Positions 1 through 51,500 of a stretch of DNA of 64,000 nt are shown piece by piece; positions within the stretch are counted from its first letter, which is position 1; every line of letters begins with the position of its first letter. The notes beneath the pieces were generated by a model. That model did no database searches, was not told the DNA's origin, and saw nothing but the letters and a program-made list of their open reading frames with translations. The DNA comes from Macrostomum lignano (Eukaryota). The stretch covers positions 1-64,000 of the forward strand of contig NIVC01002990.1 in NCBI GenBank assembly GCA_002269645.1, in the 5' to 3' direction. The position numbers and the translations under genes are program-made.

Positions 1-150
1 ATGAGTAGAGTAGAGTAGAATGAATAAGAGTAAGTAGAATGAGTAGAGTAGAGTAGAATGAATAGAGTAAAGTAAAGTAGATTTAGAGTGAGTCGAAGAG
101 TAGAGTCTATAAGAGTAGAGTTGGTTAGAGTAGATTGAGTGGATTAGAGT
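1..150. repeat. Degenerate (GAGTA)n microsatellite
   Basis: Direct reading. Confidence 0.8.
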
Positions 151-610
151 ATAATTTAGGATTAGATATGAAAATAAATACGGCCTCTCTAGGAGCCTAT
201 TTAATAATTTTGCATTGAAAAGCAATAAGTTAGAAATGTTCCACATGTAATAAGACAGCCCTAGCCTGACGCCAGTTAACAAACAGTCAGACACGGCACA
301 GAGGAGAATGTAATAAAGTTGACCTTCCATCACGGGTAGCTGTCTTTTCTCCCCTTAGTGAATTCATTGGCTGCCGAATGCAGGAATTATATAATATTAT
401 ATTATAATGCTTGAGTCTACAAAGCGGGGGAGGCGGGTTAAGTGGATTAGTGAACGGGGAGGCCCAGGCTTGCGCAAATACTGTTACGCAATCACTTCCG
501 ATTGCCTCGAAGGCAGTTCTCTCTCTCTCTCTCTCACTCTGGGACCGGATCTGCCTGCTGCTAAGTACTGGCTTTGACCCTGAGTTCTCTGGCTTGTGCA
601 TTGCTGACAG

Positions 611-631
611 AACCGAGGGACACTCGGCCAG
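611..631 (+). CDS. Candidate 21-nt LAR micro-exon (E)PRDTRP at the Ig2-Ig3 junction
   Basis: tgctgacAG acceptor and GTAGGT donor; symmetric phase 1 and stop-free; joins in frame to the phase-1 exon at 4594. Confidence 0.4.
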
Positions 632-2606
632 GTAGGTAGATTGATAGATAGAGTAGATGCGTTGTTGAGTGTGTAGATAAGCGATCTACTGGGGGGGGGG
701 GCGAGGAAGAAGAAGGAATGAGGAAATATCGAATATGTTTTTTTCCTATTATAATCTTTGGTTAGATATTTTTTCGCCTGCGAGCGTGTCTCGCGGTGAG
801 TAGGACTCTCCAATACCTCAGAGAGGGGTAGATTTGTAAGCCCCCCCTCCCGAGCTGGGAGGACAGAAGCAGAAAACATAACGACTAACGAGTGTGACAA
901 GGTGAGTTGGTCTCAGCTAGACGGGCCGTCATATTCTTAGCCCTTTGCCCGTCACGCGAGGTTTAGAGAGGGTCAGCGTTTCTCTCTCTCTCTCTCGGAT
1001 TGGAAAAGATAGATAGATAGATTTTCTGAAGCAGAGACAGAAGTTTTTGTAATATTTCTTCCGCAAGAAGAAGATTTTCTTCCACGCCCCAAAGTTTTGA
1101 GAACACGGAAATTCTTCAAGCTGCACTAGAGAATTTGCGACGCGCGAAGCAGCTGTGAGGAGATTGCGTCACCCCTCCTTACTCATGGGATCAATGTCAG
1201 CAGTTCCTTCGCGCCCACTCTTGGATCCTCCATTATTGCCTTCTGGATTTCACGCCTTCCAGAAGAGAGGCAGGGCGAGTCATGCAACGCGAAACCCCCA
1301 AACAAGAGGCCTCTCTGCTTCTAGGAGGTTCTGTAGGGAGGGAGAGAAAGAGGCAGAACACGAGGGCCATTCCGTCACTTCTCTACTTATCCGTCACTTC
1401 TACTCCTCATTGCTCCTCCTCTCTCATTTTTTAGGAGCAGCGCAGCTGGTTCCAGCTATTGGCATGCGATGGTATATGAATTCTGTTTACACTATCAACC
1501 AAGGTTTCCTGTATTTTTTTGTAATCTATAGCAGGCTAAGCTAATGGTAATACAGTTTAGTTGACTGTTCTTAACCGGGGGCGGGGCTGGGGAACGAAAC
1601 TGCGTGGGCGGGATGCCTCGCTCGTCTTCTATCCCATTTTAACCTGGCAAAACATTTCCCATCCGAGTCAAAGCCGTTTAGTGTTCTGGGGTGATAGAAT
1701 ATTTCCAATTTTAGAATTGGAATAAATTACCTGCTTGTCAGAGAAGCTTTGAAGCTGTTAGCAATGTTTGAATTGCTTGATCACCTTCTTAGCTTTCACA
1801 GTTTCAACGTTTACTTAGAAAGTGCGAGTACGTCTGAACTTAGAATGGACTGACAGCATGATGAAGTTTGACTTTGCTGTTTCCCAGAAACGGACTAGGT
1901 CAGTTATCAGTCCCGTTTGTTTAGTGCTATGTTTGTCCCTTAGAACTTGCTGTTTATAACTCTATTGAAAAGTTGATTGTGCATGGATCTGCGGAGGCAA
2001 ATACTTCTGACTTCTGAATTTTGTTATAACAATGCTATTATTCAAAACTACTTGTACTTGCAGCTCCTGACAGGCGAAATCATCCATTGACATGTACGGG
2101 CAAGGAACTTATGCAGACTTGCATTAACTAAGCATGCTGCACAATGCCATTTTTAATTTCTAGTATATTTTTCATCTTAATATTAAATCAGTTGCTCATA
2201 AAAATTTGTATGCCTTGTCCAGCTGCGTGTGGGCTGGTTTTGTTGAGGTCACAACAGATTTCGGAGATTCTGCATGTCTGTTCAGCTTGTTAAAACAGTG
2301 GTGTTTGTCTGACTGGCTTCACTTAATAGTAGAATTATTACCGGACACTAAATTCGGATTTTGTCACGCGCGATCACGTTGCCTGAGGTAATGAATGAGG
2401 TAAAAAGCGGCTCCATGAGTTAATAAATACAAGTCAGTTAGTTGCACTTGCTGGTCTGAATGCCCTAGGTATTGCTACGCCTCAAGTTCAAGTCCCAGCT
2501 ATCGAAGGAGTGTGCTCAGTGTTGCTGTTTGGACAGGATTTCTCCCGGGGGCAGTTCGGTGCCAACCGATCTAGTGGTGCAACGTGTTATCATCCTTGAT
2601 ACACTG

Positions 2607-2962
2607 GCTCCCGACTAGCCTCTCTCAACCCCAATGTACACACGCCCCCGACTAGCCTCTCTGAACCCCAATGTACACACGCTCCCGACTAGCCACCCTC
2701 AACCCCCAATGTACACACGCTCCCGATTAGCCTCTCTCAACCCCAATGTACACTCGCTCCCGACTAGCCTCTCTCAACCCCAATGTACACACGCTCCCGA
2801 CTAGCCTCTCTCAACCCCTAATTTACACACGCTCCCGACTAGCCTCTCTCAACCCCCAATGTACACACGCTCCCGACTGGTCTCTCTCAACCCCAATGTG
2901 CACACGCTCCCGACTAGCCTTTCTCAACCCCAACAAACACACGCTCTTGACCAGCTCAACCC
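2607..2962. repeat. ~37-38 bp minisatellite (CCCGACTAGCCTCTCTCAACCCCAATGTACACACGCT)
   Basis: About 9 copies; the same family recurs at ~6640. Confidence 0.92.
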
Positions 2963-4593
2963 CAAGGCTGATGCAGAAATAAGCGAATAGCACGTTATAT
3001 TTTTACCGGACTTTAAGTATTGCTAGTATTGCTGGAATTACCTTTGCAACCAAATGAATTACCTGGAAAACATTTGTTAACATTTAGATCAACAATTTGA
3101 ATAAGAAGGTTGGGACCAGAACGATATGGCACATGTCATTCTTTTCTATTGAAAATCGTCACCGTTTTATGTCACATTTTCTGTGTTGAGTTTTTGTCTA
3201 ATATTCGGAATTGATTGCGTTGGGTGATTTTATTCGATTTGCGCCTGCGTAAAACGATTTCTATGAACAAGTTTAATGCGTCGAGAATGTGAGGCTTAGC
3301 ATATATATTTTTTCTGTTTTTTTCCTCTTTTCAGCAAAATGTAAGTCACCGAATAGTTCATAAATATCAGAAGGGCTCTAAAAATATTTGCTTCTGCGCC
3401 GAGCTTCTCAGGCGTAGCTTCTCCCGGACACAAGTTTTTGTCAACTTTGCCAGCCCCACAGATTTTTATTGGCATAAACAGCTTTTGTTTCTCAATTTGT
3501 GTTTGTTTTGTCGCAACAACCGTTAATCGCCTGTTAATCCGCATTTAACGAGAAGGGAGAGTTATTAATCGCTAAAATGCTTGTTGCCCTAGCCAATATC
3601 GCCAATAGCCTAAAACAGTTCAGTTTGGTCTGCAATTGAAATATCTTCAAGTTTTACTTTCGTCTTTGCAATTAATTTCATTACTTAAACTATTCTTTAA
3701 TAATTAACTTAACAAAAGTCGTGCTGAACCTATTGAGCGAGGCTTTTTGACCCGAATACTAAAATTCTACTTTTTTCCACCATATTTCTTAAATAGCCGG
3801 GGCTTCTAATCCAACAGAATTAAAGTCAAGCGTACTATAAATTAATTATCATTTTTGGGCATGTATTTGTACTTCATTTTTACGAGTAATGTCGCTTATA
3901 AGGTGTGCAATATACTAACTTATATACTCGCATTGATGTGCTGTAAATATCAGGAAAATTGACTGAAAATTGAGTATAGTACTCATGTGTGCTATTCAAT
4001 ATGCAAGTATTTGTGTATAAATTGCTCCAGGCAAATTCATTATCCGCTCCTTTTATTGCTTTATTCAATAAGGCCTATCATAGAGTTTCAAACTAGCAAG
4101 TTTTATTTCAAATAGCATCTTTAACTTCAGTTTATCATTAATTAAAATGCTTTAGAGCTGCCAAAACTGTCTATTGCATATTTAAATTAATTCAAAGCTA
4201 TAATTTATTGTTTCACATATAACTGAAACTGGATTGCTACGAGTAAACGCCGTTATTATCGCGTTATTGTATTAATGACTAAATTATTATTTTTAAAAAA
4301 GTGGTAAGCCTGCGCGGGTTCAAAGCTAAGTATAGGCAGCGTTGCTATGCTCAAAAATCGCTTGCTTGCAGCCAGCCTAAATAGAAGCTGATTCCCTTCA
4401 GCCCTCCCGTCTTCCGAATCCAGTGTCCTCACTGTCTCTCCAATAGCATTTCTTAGTTTTTGCTCAATATTCTACTCAAATACATGGCCTCGATTTGTCG
4501 GGCGATAGTTAAAAGCCAAAACGTGAGCGTTAACTCACTTTATCAAAGTGGTTCATTAAAGCAGCTCCGCTCGCTTTGTTGCCAATTCCGCAG

Positions 4594-42746
<38,153 letters not shown>

Positions 42747-43274
42747 ATCCAACTTGAATCGGAGCATGGATTTGCTACTGTCAGTAGATTGTCGGTGTAA
42801 GAACAGCAAATTGCGATCATTTATTATAAAAAGGAACATAGCCGCAACTGCATAGCTAGCTAATAAATTATTAAGCCAAAAATGTGCGTCTAAGAGATTC
42901 ACTGATGCGTCTGTCTGTTCTTTTTCACCTGCTTTGGGTCTGCGTTTTTTTACAAGCAATACAGTTGCAATGGCAATCAGCACTGCACTACGCTAGTACC
43001 AACATTGTACATCAATACCGATATTATAGTGTTCATTTATAATACTATTCTTCATTTCATACCTGTATTATGCGTGAACTAATGAGTCATGTTAATGTTT
43101 GTTGCGCCACTATGACAATTTAATTCTGTTCGCATCAGGCATTAGTCATAAAACTCCGGCCCTGCTTTCTGCCTGTCGCCTCAAGCAGAAACGGAGTATA
43201 AATTTTACCGTTGGTTTGAAATGCGGGTTTTTTACGTTTCTATTTTAAGAAAATGCGCTTGACTACCAGTTTTG

Positions 43275-43826
43275 AACCCTGTCTAACACCAAGGTGCCCT
43301 GTCTAACATCCAGGCGCCCTGTCTAACACTTAGGCAACCTGTCTAACATCCAGGCCCCCTGTCTAACAGCCAGGCGCCCTGTCTAACACCCAGGCAACCT
43401 GTATAACACCCAGGCAACCTGTCTAACATCCAGACTCTGTCTAACAACTAGGCGCCCTATCTAACACCCAGTCTCTCTGTCTAACAGCTAGGCGCCCTGT
43501 CTAACACCCAGGCAACCTGTCTAACACCCAGGCAACCTGTCTAACATCCAGGCCCCCTGTCTAACAGCCAGGCGCCCTGTCTAACACCCAGGCAACCTGT
43601 ATAACATCCAGACTCTGTCTAACAACTAGGCGCCCTATCTAACACCCAGTCTCTCTAACAGCTAGGCGCCCTGTCTAACACTTAGGCAACCTGTCTAACA
43701 TCCAGGCCCCCTGTCTAACAGCAAGGCGCCCTGTCTAACACCCAGGCAACCTGTCTAACACCCAGGCAACCTGTCTAACATCCAAGCCCCCTGTCTAACA
43801 TCCAAGCCCCTAGTCTAACATCTAGC
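43275..43826. repeat. ~20-bp minisatellite (CCTGTCTAACACCCAGGCAA)
   Basis: Downstream of the LAR stop. Confidence 0.93.
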
Positions 43827-44699
43827 CGAACTTTCAAACTCGTATAGGTAAAATCGCGTTGAATCCTATAAAATCACCAAATTTGTAAATGACAATGTCC
43901 GCTTGTTTTGTTTGGTCAAGTTTTACCTTTCATTTATGTTAATTTTTTCTAAAAATTGAAAATGTCAATCCAATTGCAAATTATTAATGCATAGGATAAA
44001 TTCATTGGCGTTAAAAGTACACTAAACAATTTGTACATCGCCGTATTGCTTCGAATATTTATAGCAGCGATTTACTACTGCGAGTAATGCAAACAGATTT
44101 TGCATGCTTCTACTGTTTTCATATAGCTTTTTGCATTTTCCAAGATCTTACCGAAGCGTTTGTGTTGATTATTTGTGCTGTTAATAAAGAAATGCATAAA
44201 TATGCATATTGCTAATTAAATAATTTCCTTAGTAACAAATACATTGTCAATATTTTTCCCATTTCGGTCGTAAGAGAAGTCCCTTCCCCCCAGTTCGAAT
44301 CTCTGCCCACGAATCTTGCTTGTTGTGTCAGGATTTCTTATCTAACTGGTTTCTTTCTAAGTGTGATGCTGGCAGTAAATCTTTGTCTAAATTTGTTAAT
44401 TTAATCATCTTGTCCGAGTACAATAACAGCTATATGCAGTTGTATGATTATTCGGCTTATTCTGTTTCCGCTTTTTATATTTATTTATTAAGCTAAGAGC
44501 GTCTCGGTCATGTTCCTCACTCTCATTGCTTGCTACAAATTGGTTTAGTGTCTAGCTGATTCAATGAAAATTACATAAATTCCTTTACTATTGTACCTCT
44601 CAGTAAAATTGCTCCATTGGATAAAATTTAATATACTGGACTTTCTGTGCCTTTTTTATTTCTCAAGCAGCTCAGTGGTAAACACGTCTGATTTTCAAC

Positions 44700-45300
44700 C
44701 ACAAATCTCACCCCAACAAAGACCTAATGCCACAAATCTCACCCCATAAAAGACCTAATGCCACAAATCTCACCCCAACAAAGACCTAATGCCACAAATC
44801 TCACCCCATAAAAGACCTAATGCCACAAATCTCACCCCAACAAAGACCTAATGCCACAAATCTCACCCAAACGAAGACCTAATGCCACAAATCTCACCCC
44901 AAAAAAGACCTAATGCCCCAAATCCCATCCCAACAAAGACCTAATGCCACAAATCTCACCCCAACAAAGACCTAATGCCAAAAATCTCACCCCAACAAAG
45001 ACCTAATGCCACAAATCTCACCCCAACAAAGACTTAATGCCACAAACCCCATCCCAACAAAGACCTAATGCCACAAATCTCACCTTAGCCAAGAGCCAAT
45101 CCCACAAATCTCACCCTAGCCAAGACACAATCCAACAAATCTCACCCCAGCCAAGACCCAATCCCACAAATCTCACCCAGCCAAGACCCAATGACACAAA
45201 TCTCACGACACGATCCCACAAGTCTCACCCAGCCAAGACCCAATGACACAAATCTTACGACACGATCCCACAAGTCTCACCCCAGCCGAGACCTAAACTC
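44700..45300. repeat. 31-bp minisatellite (CCACAAATCTCACCCCAACAAAGACCTAATG)
   Basis: Period 31. Confidence 0.93.
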
Positions 45301-45449
45301 AAAAGTCTCACCCTATGTCCCCCATTCAAACTATTTAAATAATCTCAAATTTTGCTTCAGAAAAAATTATTCTGTGTAGTGGGAAGAAAAGCAAATATGC
45401 AGGTAACAAAGGAGTTACGAATGAACTAATTATAATGACTCCTTACAGA

Positions 45450-45455
45450 TTTATT
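45450..45455 (-). terminator. Probable polyadenylation signal of pICln
   Basis: tttatt on + (AATAAA on -), about 100 nt after the stop. Confidence 0.5.
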
Positions 45456-45551
45456 CCGATAATATTTCGAACCAGTATACATATACGCCATTCGGCAGGA
45501 AACGATATTATCAATACGAAATGCAGGTTTGCAAGTCAGGCATGCGAAAAG

Positions 45552-46115
45552 TCACTGCGCATCTTCAAACTGGTCGGTGTCCATCGGCTGGTCGCCGTTG
45601 CTGTCACCGGCGTCACCAACCAGCAGGTGATCAAAATCGGGCCCGTCATCCTCGTCATCATCATCTTCATTCTCAGCCTCCTCAGCCTCAGCTTCATAGC
45701 GAAACTCCTGGCCATTTAAATCGCGATCGTAGCTAGCATTGTCTGCGGCAGCCAGAATAGTCTGGCAGTTGGACATCGCACTGAACAGAATCTGCAGGCT
45801 GTCCCCGTCAGACTGCGGCGGGCACAGGCGAATCTCTTCAGGCGTCTCGGCGCCATCCAGCAGCGCCATCAGCAGGAGATGCGGCCGGCCGGAGGCGCCG
45901 CCGGAGCCAGTTTTGGACAGGGCGTGAGCGTACACGGCCGAGTGTGGCAATGCGAACTGGCGGCCTGGCCCAGACCAGGTGAGACAGTTCTCATTGATCT
46001 GGAGCAGGCCAGAGCCCAGGCACTCTGCGCCAAGCCAGGCTTCAGTGTCTGGCTGGGTGTGCTGAAACAGTCTCGGTTGCTGCTGCTGCTGCTGCTGCTG
46101 TGTAGCAATGTCCAT
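45552..46115 (-). CDS. CLNS1A: Methylosome subunit pICln, intronless, 187 aa
   Basis: QPDTEAWLG..CLGSGLLQINENCLTW, HALSK, LFSAMSNCQ, an acidic tract and a C-terminal QFEDA match the pICln pattern (human QPDTEAVLNG, LHALSR, MFTAMCECQ, QFEDA). Confidence 0.85.
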   Translation of the reverse strand: MDIATQQQQQQQQPRLFQHTQPDTEAWLGAECLGSGLLQINENCLTWSGPGRQFALPHSAVYAHALSKTGSGGASGRPHLLLMALLDGAETPEEIRLCPPQSDGDSLQILFSAMSNCQTILAAADNASYDRDLNGQEFRYEAEAEEAENEDDDDEDDGPDFDHLLVGDAGDSNGDQPMDTDQFEDAQ

Positions 46116-48508
46116 TGATTCTTAGAAAGCAGAGTTTTAAACATGCAATTTAATGTATGGTGTTCAATAATGTTATTGCATATGATTAGATGTAGACTAA
46201 TGACTATTCTATAGTGGAATGAACAATAACAATTTTATTAATAGTTGAGATATACTAGATAAGCAATAATTACAATTCATCTATAATTCTAGTTACAAGG
46301 ATAATATAGTAAAACAAGTGCATATAATAATAGAAAGCAATATATTACAAAGCTTTTTTTCATAAAGTTTTCTCTTACATTCATAATTGAAAATAAAAAT
46401 TATCAAAAAAATAGCTAAATACTTTGCAAAGCTTAAAACTACTGAAAAGCTTATTTTCAACTATAAGTTTTCTCATCCTATTTCAGCAAAATTGAATTCT
46501 ATTTTATCCATGGTGCCTTCTACCTATAGTAAGTGCATTTTTTAGTGAGAGGATGCTTATGTATAAATAAGTAATACATTAAACTTTGTTATCAAGAGAA
46601 TATGAGGAATATTTGTTTGTTTGTATTGTCAAAAAGTTTAATAGTATTAATAAAAAAGCAATAACAAAGGATTGAACAATAAAAAAGCATTAAAAGTTTC
46701 CAAAGTCAAATACTATCAAAAAATTATTTTAGTTATTTAGCTATTAAAAAATTAAATTATTATAATAGAGTGCCTAACACTGATTGTTACAAAGGTTTTT
46801 CCTATTATAGCTACTTTCCCAGTTTTTGAATTGGGAAAGGAAAAGGAAAAGAAAAGCTTAAAAAAAGGTATATTGATATATTTTTAGACAGAAATTGGTT
46901 AATTTTTTTAAATATTACTAAAAATATTATTTAAACCCAGGTTTAAGCAAAACTTATCATTCATTATGCCTAAAAGGCAAAATGCATTACAAAAGTTTTG
47001 AAAATTTAAGATATAATGCAAAAGTTTTATGACTTTTAGTTGACCAATTTTCAAACAAAAGTAAGGGGCAATCATTTGGTTTCTTATATTAAATTATTTA
47101 ACATGCGTTACACACTATAGTTTGGATTATGTATTAGTATACACACTGGGGTTTAATGCCAGAAAAAATGATGAGACCAATGCTAGGCAGCTGGGTTTGT
47201 GCACTAATACAAAAAAATTTTAATTTGACACAATGTATATGCTGTGTCATGTACACTGGGATATACCCTGATATATGCTAAAAAATAGTAAGACCCTTGT
47301 TGTATGCTAGGAAATCCTAGTGTATATGTTGCCTTCCAAATTATGGGTTACACATTCTAGTGTTAATATTACTATGGCTAATCCTCTTCTGGATTAGCCA
47401 TTATCATTCACTCTAGTGCAACTGACTGACTAGCTGACTAGTTTCCTGTATCATTTTTTTGTCATTTTTTTGTTTTGTTCACGTCTGTTGTGCCATTCAA
47501 ACTTATTTTATATAATTTATAATATAATATCATATTAGAATAATTGAACCCAAGAAACTAAGGTGAAAGATTGCCAAGCAAGGTGTTTTTTATTTAGGCA
47601 AATAATATTTATTAAATAAAAAAATTGTTAGTTTCTTGCTTAGTTCAATGCAGTGTGTCTTAGTTCAGTTTAGTTTAATTCCTGAAACATTGAAAACTCT
47701 CAAAATATCACTGGAGTCACTACCTTTAAGTCCACATTAAATAGTTAAATAAATATATATTGTCTTAGTTTTATACTTTAATGGTTTATTTAAAAAAATT
47801 GCTTGTAATTCAGATTGCAAATCTCTTTTTGGACCTACTATTAGTCTTAGGACCTAACATATGCTTAACAAATGCAATGTATAGATTTTTGTAATAAACT
47901 TATTATTTACAAATTGAATATGATAGAATTAGAGATCTAATTCTAAAAATTCTTATTTAAAAATAAAAAAATATAGAACAGTATTTTAAAATACAATAGG
48001 CCCTAATACCTTTGGTTTGGCAAATTTCGTTGTGATCAGTAAATTTTTGTAAATAGCCATATAGAAAGACCAAAGAAACGACATCAAAAGTTAACTTAAG
48101 GAGCAAAAATGGAAAATTCTTGGAAATTAAATTAATCTGTTGCGGTGCAACCCACCTATTGGAAAATACGAACGAACGAACGAAGCCTAATTACGGCGCC
48201 CTCTGATTTTCCCATTTACCATACGGGTAATGCCCAATAATATAGTTTTCTAATAAATAAAAATTTAAATTTACCAGTAGGCAGTAACAAACGTTTTGAT
48301 TTTTTATTAAAGCCAAGTAGAAGTCATTAACTATATAGTTGTACAAATATATTAATTTTTAGGTTATATTAAAATTTCACTTGTAGAAAAAATTAACATT
48401 TTGTATTTGGCTTCCTATTGATATTACAAATTGTATTTTTCTGCGAAAATTTTAAGGAAGTGGAAAGCTTTGCATGCAAACTCTTTTAACTAATTATCTT
48501 GTGCTAAA

Positions 48509-48569
48509 ATGGCTGCGAAGATATTTTGTATCGTATTATTTTTAGCCTTGAGCGATTTTTTACTTCGAG
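48509..48569 (+). CDS. Signal-peptide exon of the lachesin-like gene (MAAKIFCIVLFLALSDFLLR)
   Basis: ATG, hydrophobic core and phase-1 donor G/GTGGGT matching the phase-1 acceptor at 50635. Too short for the ORF track. Confidence 0.75.
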
Positions 48570-51500
48570 GTGGGTGTTTTTTGTGTTTACTTTTCTATTT
48601 TTCATAATCATAGTTCATAATTGTTCAGAGACTTCTCAGTTGTGGAATAGGTTTGAGAGGTTGAACCAAAAAAGATATATTTAGTTCATTGGTATAGTCA
48701 AGGAATTAGCCTAGTTGATGCCAACAAAATTCTAAGAAAGCACCATCTTAATATAAAATGTGATTGAATTCATAAGCATAGGCATAGACATAGAAAAAGG
48801 TCAGGATGATTCTGTTTTCTATAGAATTTTCCCACATAATTAGGATTTTTGATATAGACTCCACAAAAAACAGGATATCTGTTTATAATTTATATTTAGA
48901 TGAACTATTTTTCCACCTATACGGTATATAGATAAGCCATCTTGTGGTTTAGACTTTAAAAAATAATTTTGTGCAATCAATGAATCATCTTGACTACCAT
49001 AGTCAGGAAGGTGTCCGTACGCCGGAATTTTCCGGCGTACATCAGCCCCCCCCCAAAATGGCGTACAGTTTCGCGTACACGCGGTCCGAAAAATGGCGTA
49101 CAGAGTTCTTGGCGTACACAACACAGTTTTCGCATGCAAAAATCTGTCCAAAAATCGGCCTACAATATTTGCATGTGATTGGCGTAAGAACAAACGTTTA
49201 AAAAACCTGCAAACAACCCAATTACTTCGACAAAGTATTGTATATCGTTCAATTTTAGTGAAATGGTAAATCTATTTTCATCTTTAAAACGCTGAAATTA
49301 CGTAAATTTTGAATCTAATTTATTGTTAACAAAACTTTACTAAAGTTTTGTGTAAGTCAGTTATTTATTTTAACTTATTAACTAATTCTGTACAATAATT
49401 ACTTTAGTATTTTAGATTTCTTCACGTTACAACAGATGACATACAGGTAAGTTAAGATTTAAGTTGCAAATTTCGCGCATTTGCAGTTTTTTTGGGTCCT
49501 CAATTTTGGCGTACGCTTTTTTGGGCTATTCAATTTTGGCGTACGTCAAAAAGCGCTTTTTTAGGGCTTTTCAATTTTGGCGTACACAACATTTTTTCTT
49601 AATTTTCATTCCGGCGTACACTGGACACCTTCCTGACTATGGCTTGACTATGAGCTAGTATATTGTTGTTAAACATTTTTTCAAGTTTTAATTCTTTCAT
49701 CTTGGATAATAGATTAAAATATGTGTAAATTAATTGCACTTATAATAATAACAAGTTGTTAGATTGCTAGTTTAGAATAAGATTAAAAGTACTAAACAAT
49801 GATTTCAAAAGTGGCAAATTAAAGCAGGTTGGATAAAGTGAAGAAATATACTTAAATTTAGTATTACAATTGTAATATATTGTATATATTAAAAGTGGGT
49901 TAATTCATTTATTACATAATCCATATACTCTTAGGCAAAAATATCATTCTAAGAACTCCAAAAACTAGCTTGAGTGGGCCAGTAGTATCCTTTAGTCTCC
50001 ACAATCAAACTTGCCACTGTTTAATTGAATTAAAAAATCGAAATGGATATGCCTATCATTTATGAAGATGGAACTATATATATTGAAGTTTTTTAAAGCT
50101 AGATATATGAATTTCACCTTGGTTATTGATTAGATTAAATTGGATATGTGACTTTTTCATTAAACTTTGATAATCTACTTACAAGTTAATAATAGGAAAA
50201 TCTATGACAGTATATTATTAACTTTTTATTTTTTGGATATCTAGATAGAGATATTGCCTTATACACTATTATTTTAGTTTTTGTAGTTGGCAACTTCAAT
50301 TTGAAGGAGTGTAGCCAAGTGGTTTAGCTACAGTCCAGTCACATTACTCATAGTTTGTGTGCCTTAAAATCTTGGCTTGGCTCTGCTTGTGCAATTAACA
50401 CCCTTGAGGGCCAACCACCAAGGCACAGTGAAGTGTACATGCTTAAAGATAAATGAAGTTAGGGCCGCTGTACACTCCTGTGTGAGTGTGTGCCTGTGCG
50501 TATGACTGCGTCCGTATCCGCGCGCTTGTGTGCCTGCTCAGGGGAGTCATTAGCTTCTCGCCAGTTGTGTGACAATATGGCTAAATGGTCCCTTCATTTA
50601 ACTGGCTTCATCAACCACTTTCCACTATGCACAGTTTCTGCAATTCGGCCAGCAATCGTTGAGAACATAGTGACAGAGGTGCGGCCCATAGACAGCACGG
50701 CCACCCTGAACTGCTCCGTGGCGCTGTTCAGCAACCCGCCCGAGCGAGTGCAGTGGTACAAACTCTTGCCCGGCCAAAGCGACAAGGCCATCAGCGCCGG
50801 CACGAAGATTACTGAGCAGAACCCGATCCTGCAGGGTGACATGCTGAAATATGAAGTCCGCAGCCGGCCTGGCCGAACCGTGTTCATCCCGGACATGGGC
50901 TACACTGACGTCACCACCTTCACGCTGCTCATCCGCCGACTCACCAACCTGGACGCTGCCAATTACAAGTGCCGGATTAATGTGCCCGGCTCGCCAGCTG
51001 ACTCGCCCGAGGTTGTTGCCACGCTGATCGTGCCAAGGGAACCGTTTATTAACCCGGCCGAGGTCACCAACAATCAGGTGCGCTGCAGTGTCGGCTGAAG
51101 CTTGTTCTAATTAGTGACCAGTGGCCATAATGTTCTGATTCATAGCCATGAGGGCCAGCCCCCAGGGCACAGAGAGTGCACATGTCTGACGATTAGAAAG
51201 ACAGTGCAGCCTGTACACCCTGTGTGAGCGTGTGTACAGTGTACAGTCTGCGTACATTATTAATGTGCAGAATTGCCGTATTACTAATACAATAAGCCGG
51301 CATTGTTCCCCAATACCCGCATTCGCAGGTGGTGGAGGAGGGCGCCAACGTGACGCTGAAGTGTAGCGCCACCTCGGAGCCGCCGGCGCACATCAGCTGG
51401 ATCCGGGCCAACGGGCTGCCGCTGAACATCCCCGGCCGGCCGCAGCGGGTCTACCAGAGCGAAGTGACCCTCATCAACGTCACCAAGTACGATCGGGGAG

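Noticed and set aside
841-907. Strong donor AAG|GTGAGT at 902
   Set aside because: No convincing acceptor that gives a frame-preserving exon.
2440-2600. Possible SINE with B-box-like GTTCAAGTCC
   Set aside because: No clear A box, body or tail.
44665-44705. tRNA-like 5' half (GCAGCTCAGTGGTAAACACGTCTGATTTTCAACC)
   Set aside because: No T arm or acceptor stem; it runs straight into a minisatellite. At most a SINE-head remnant.
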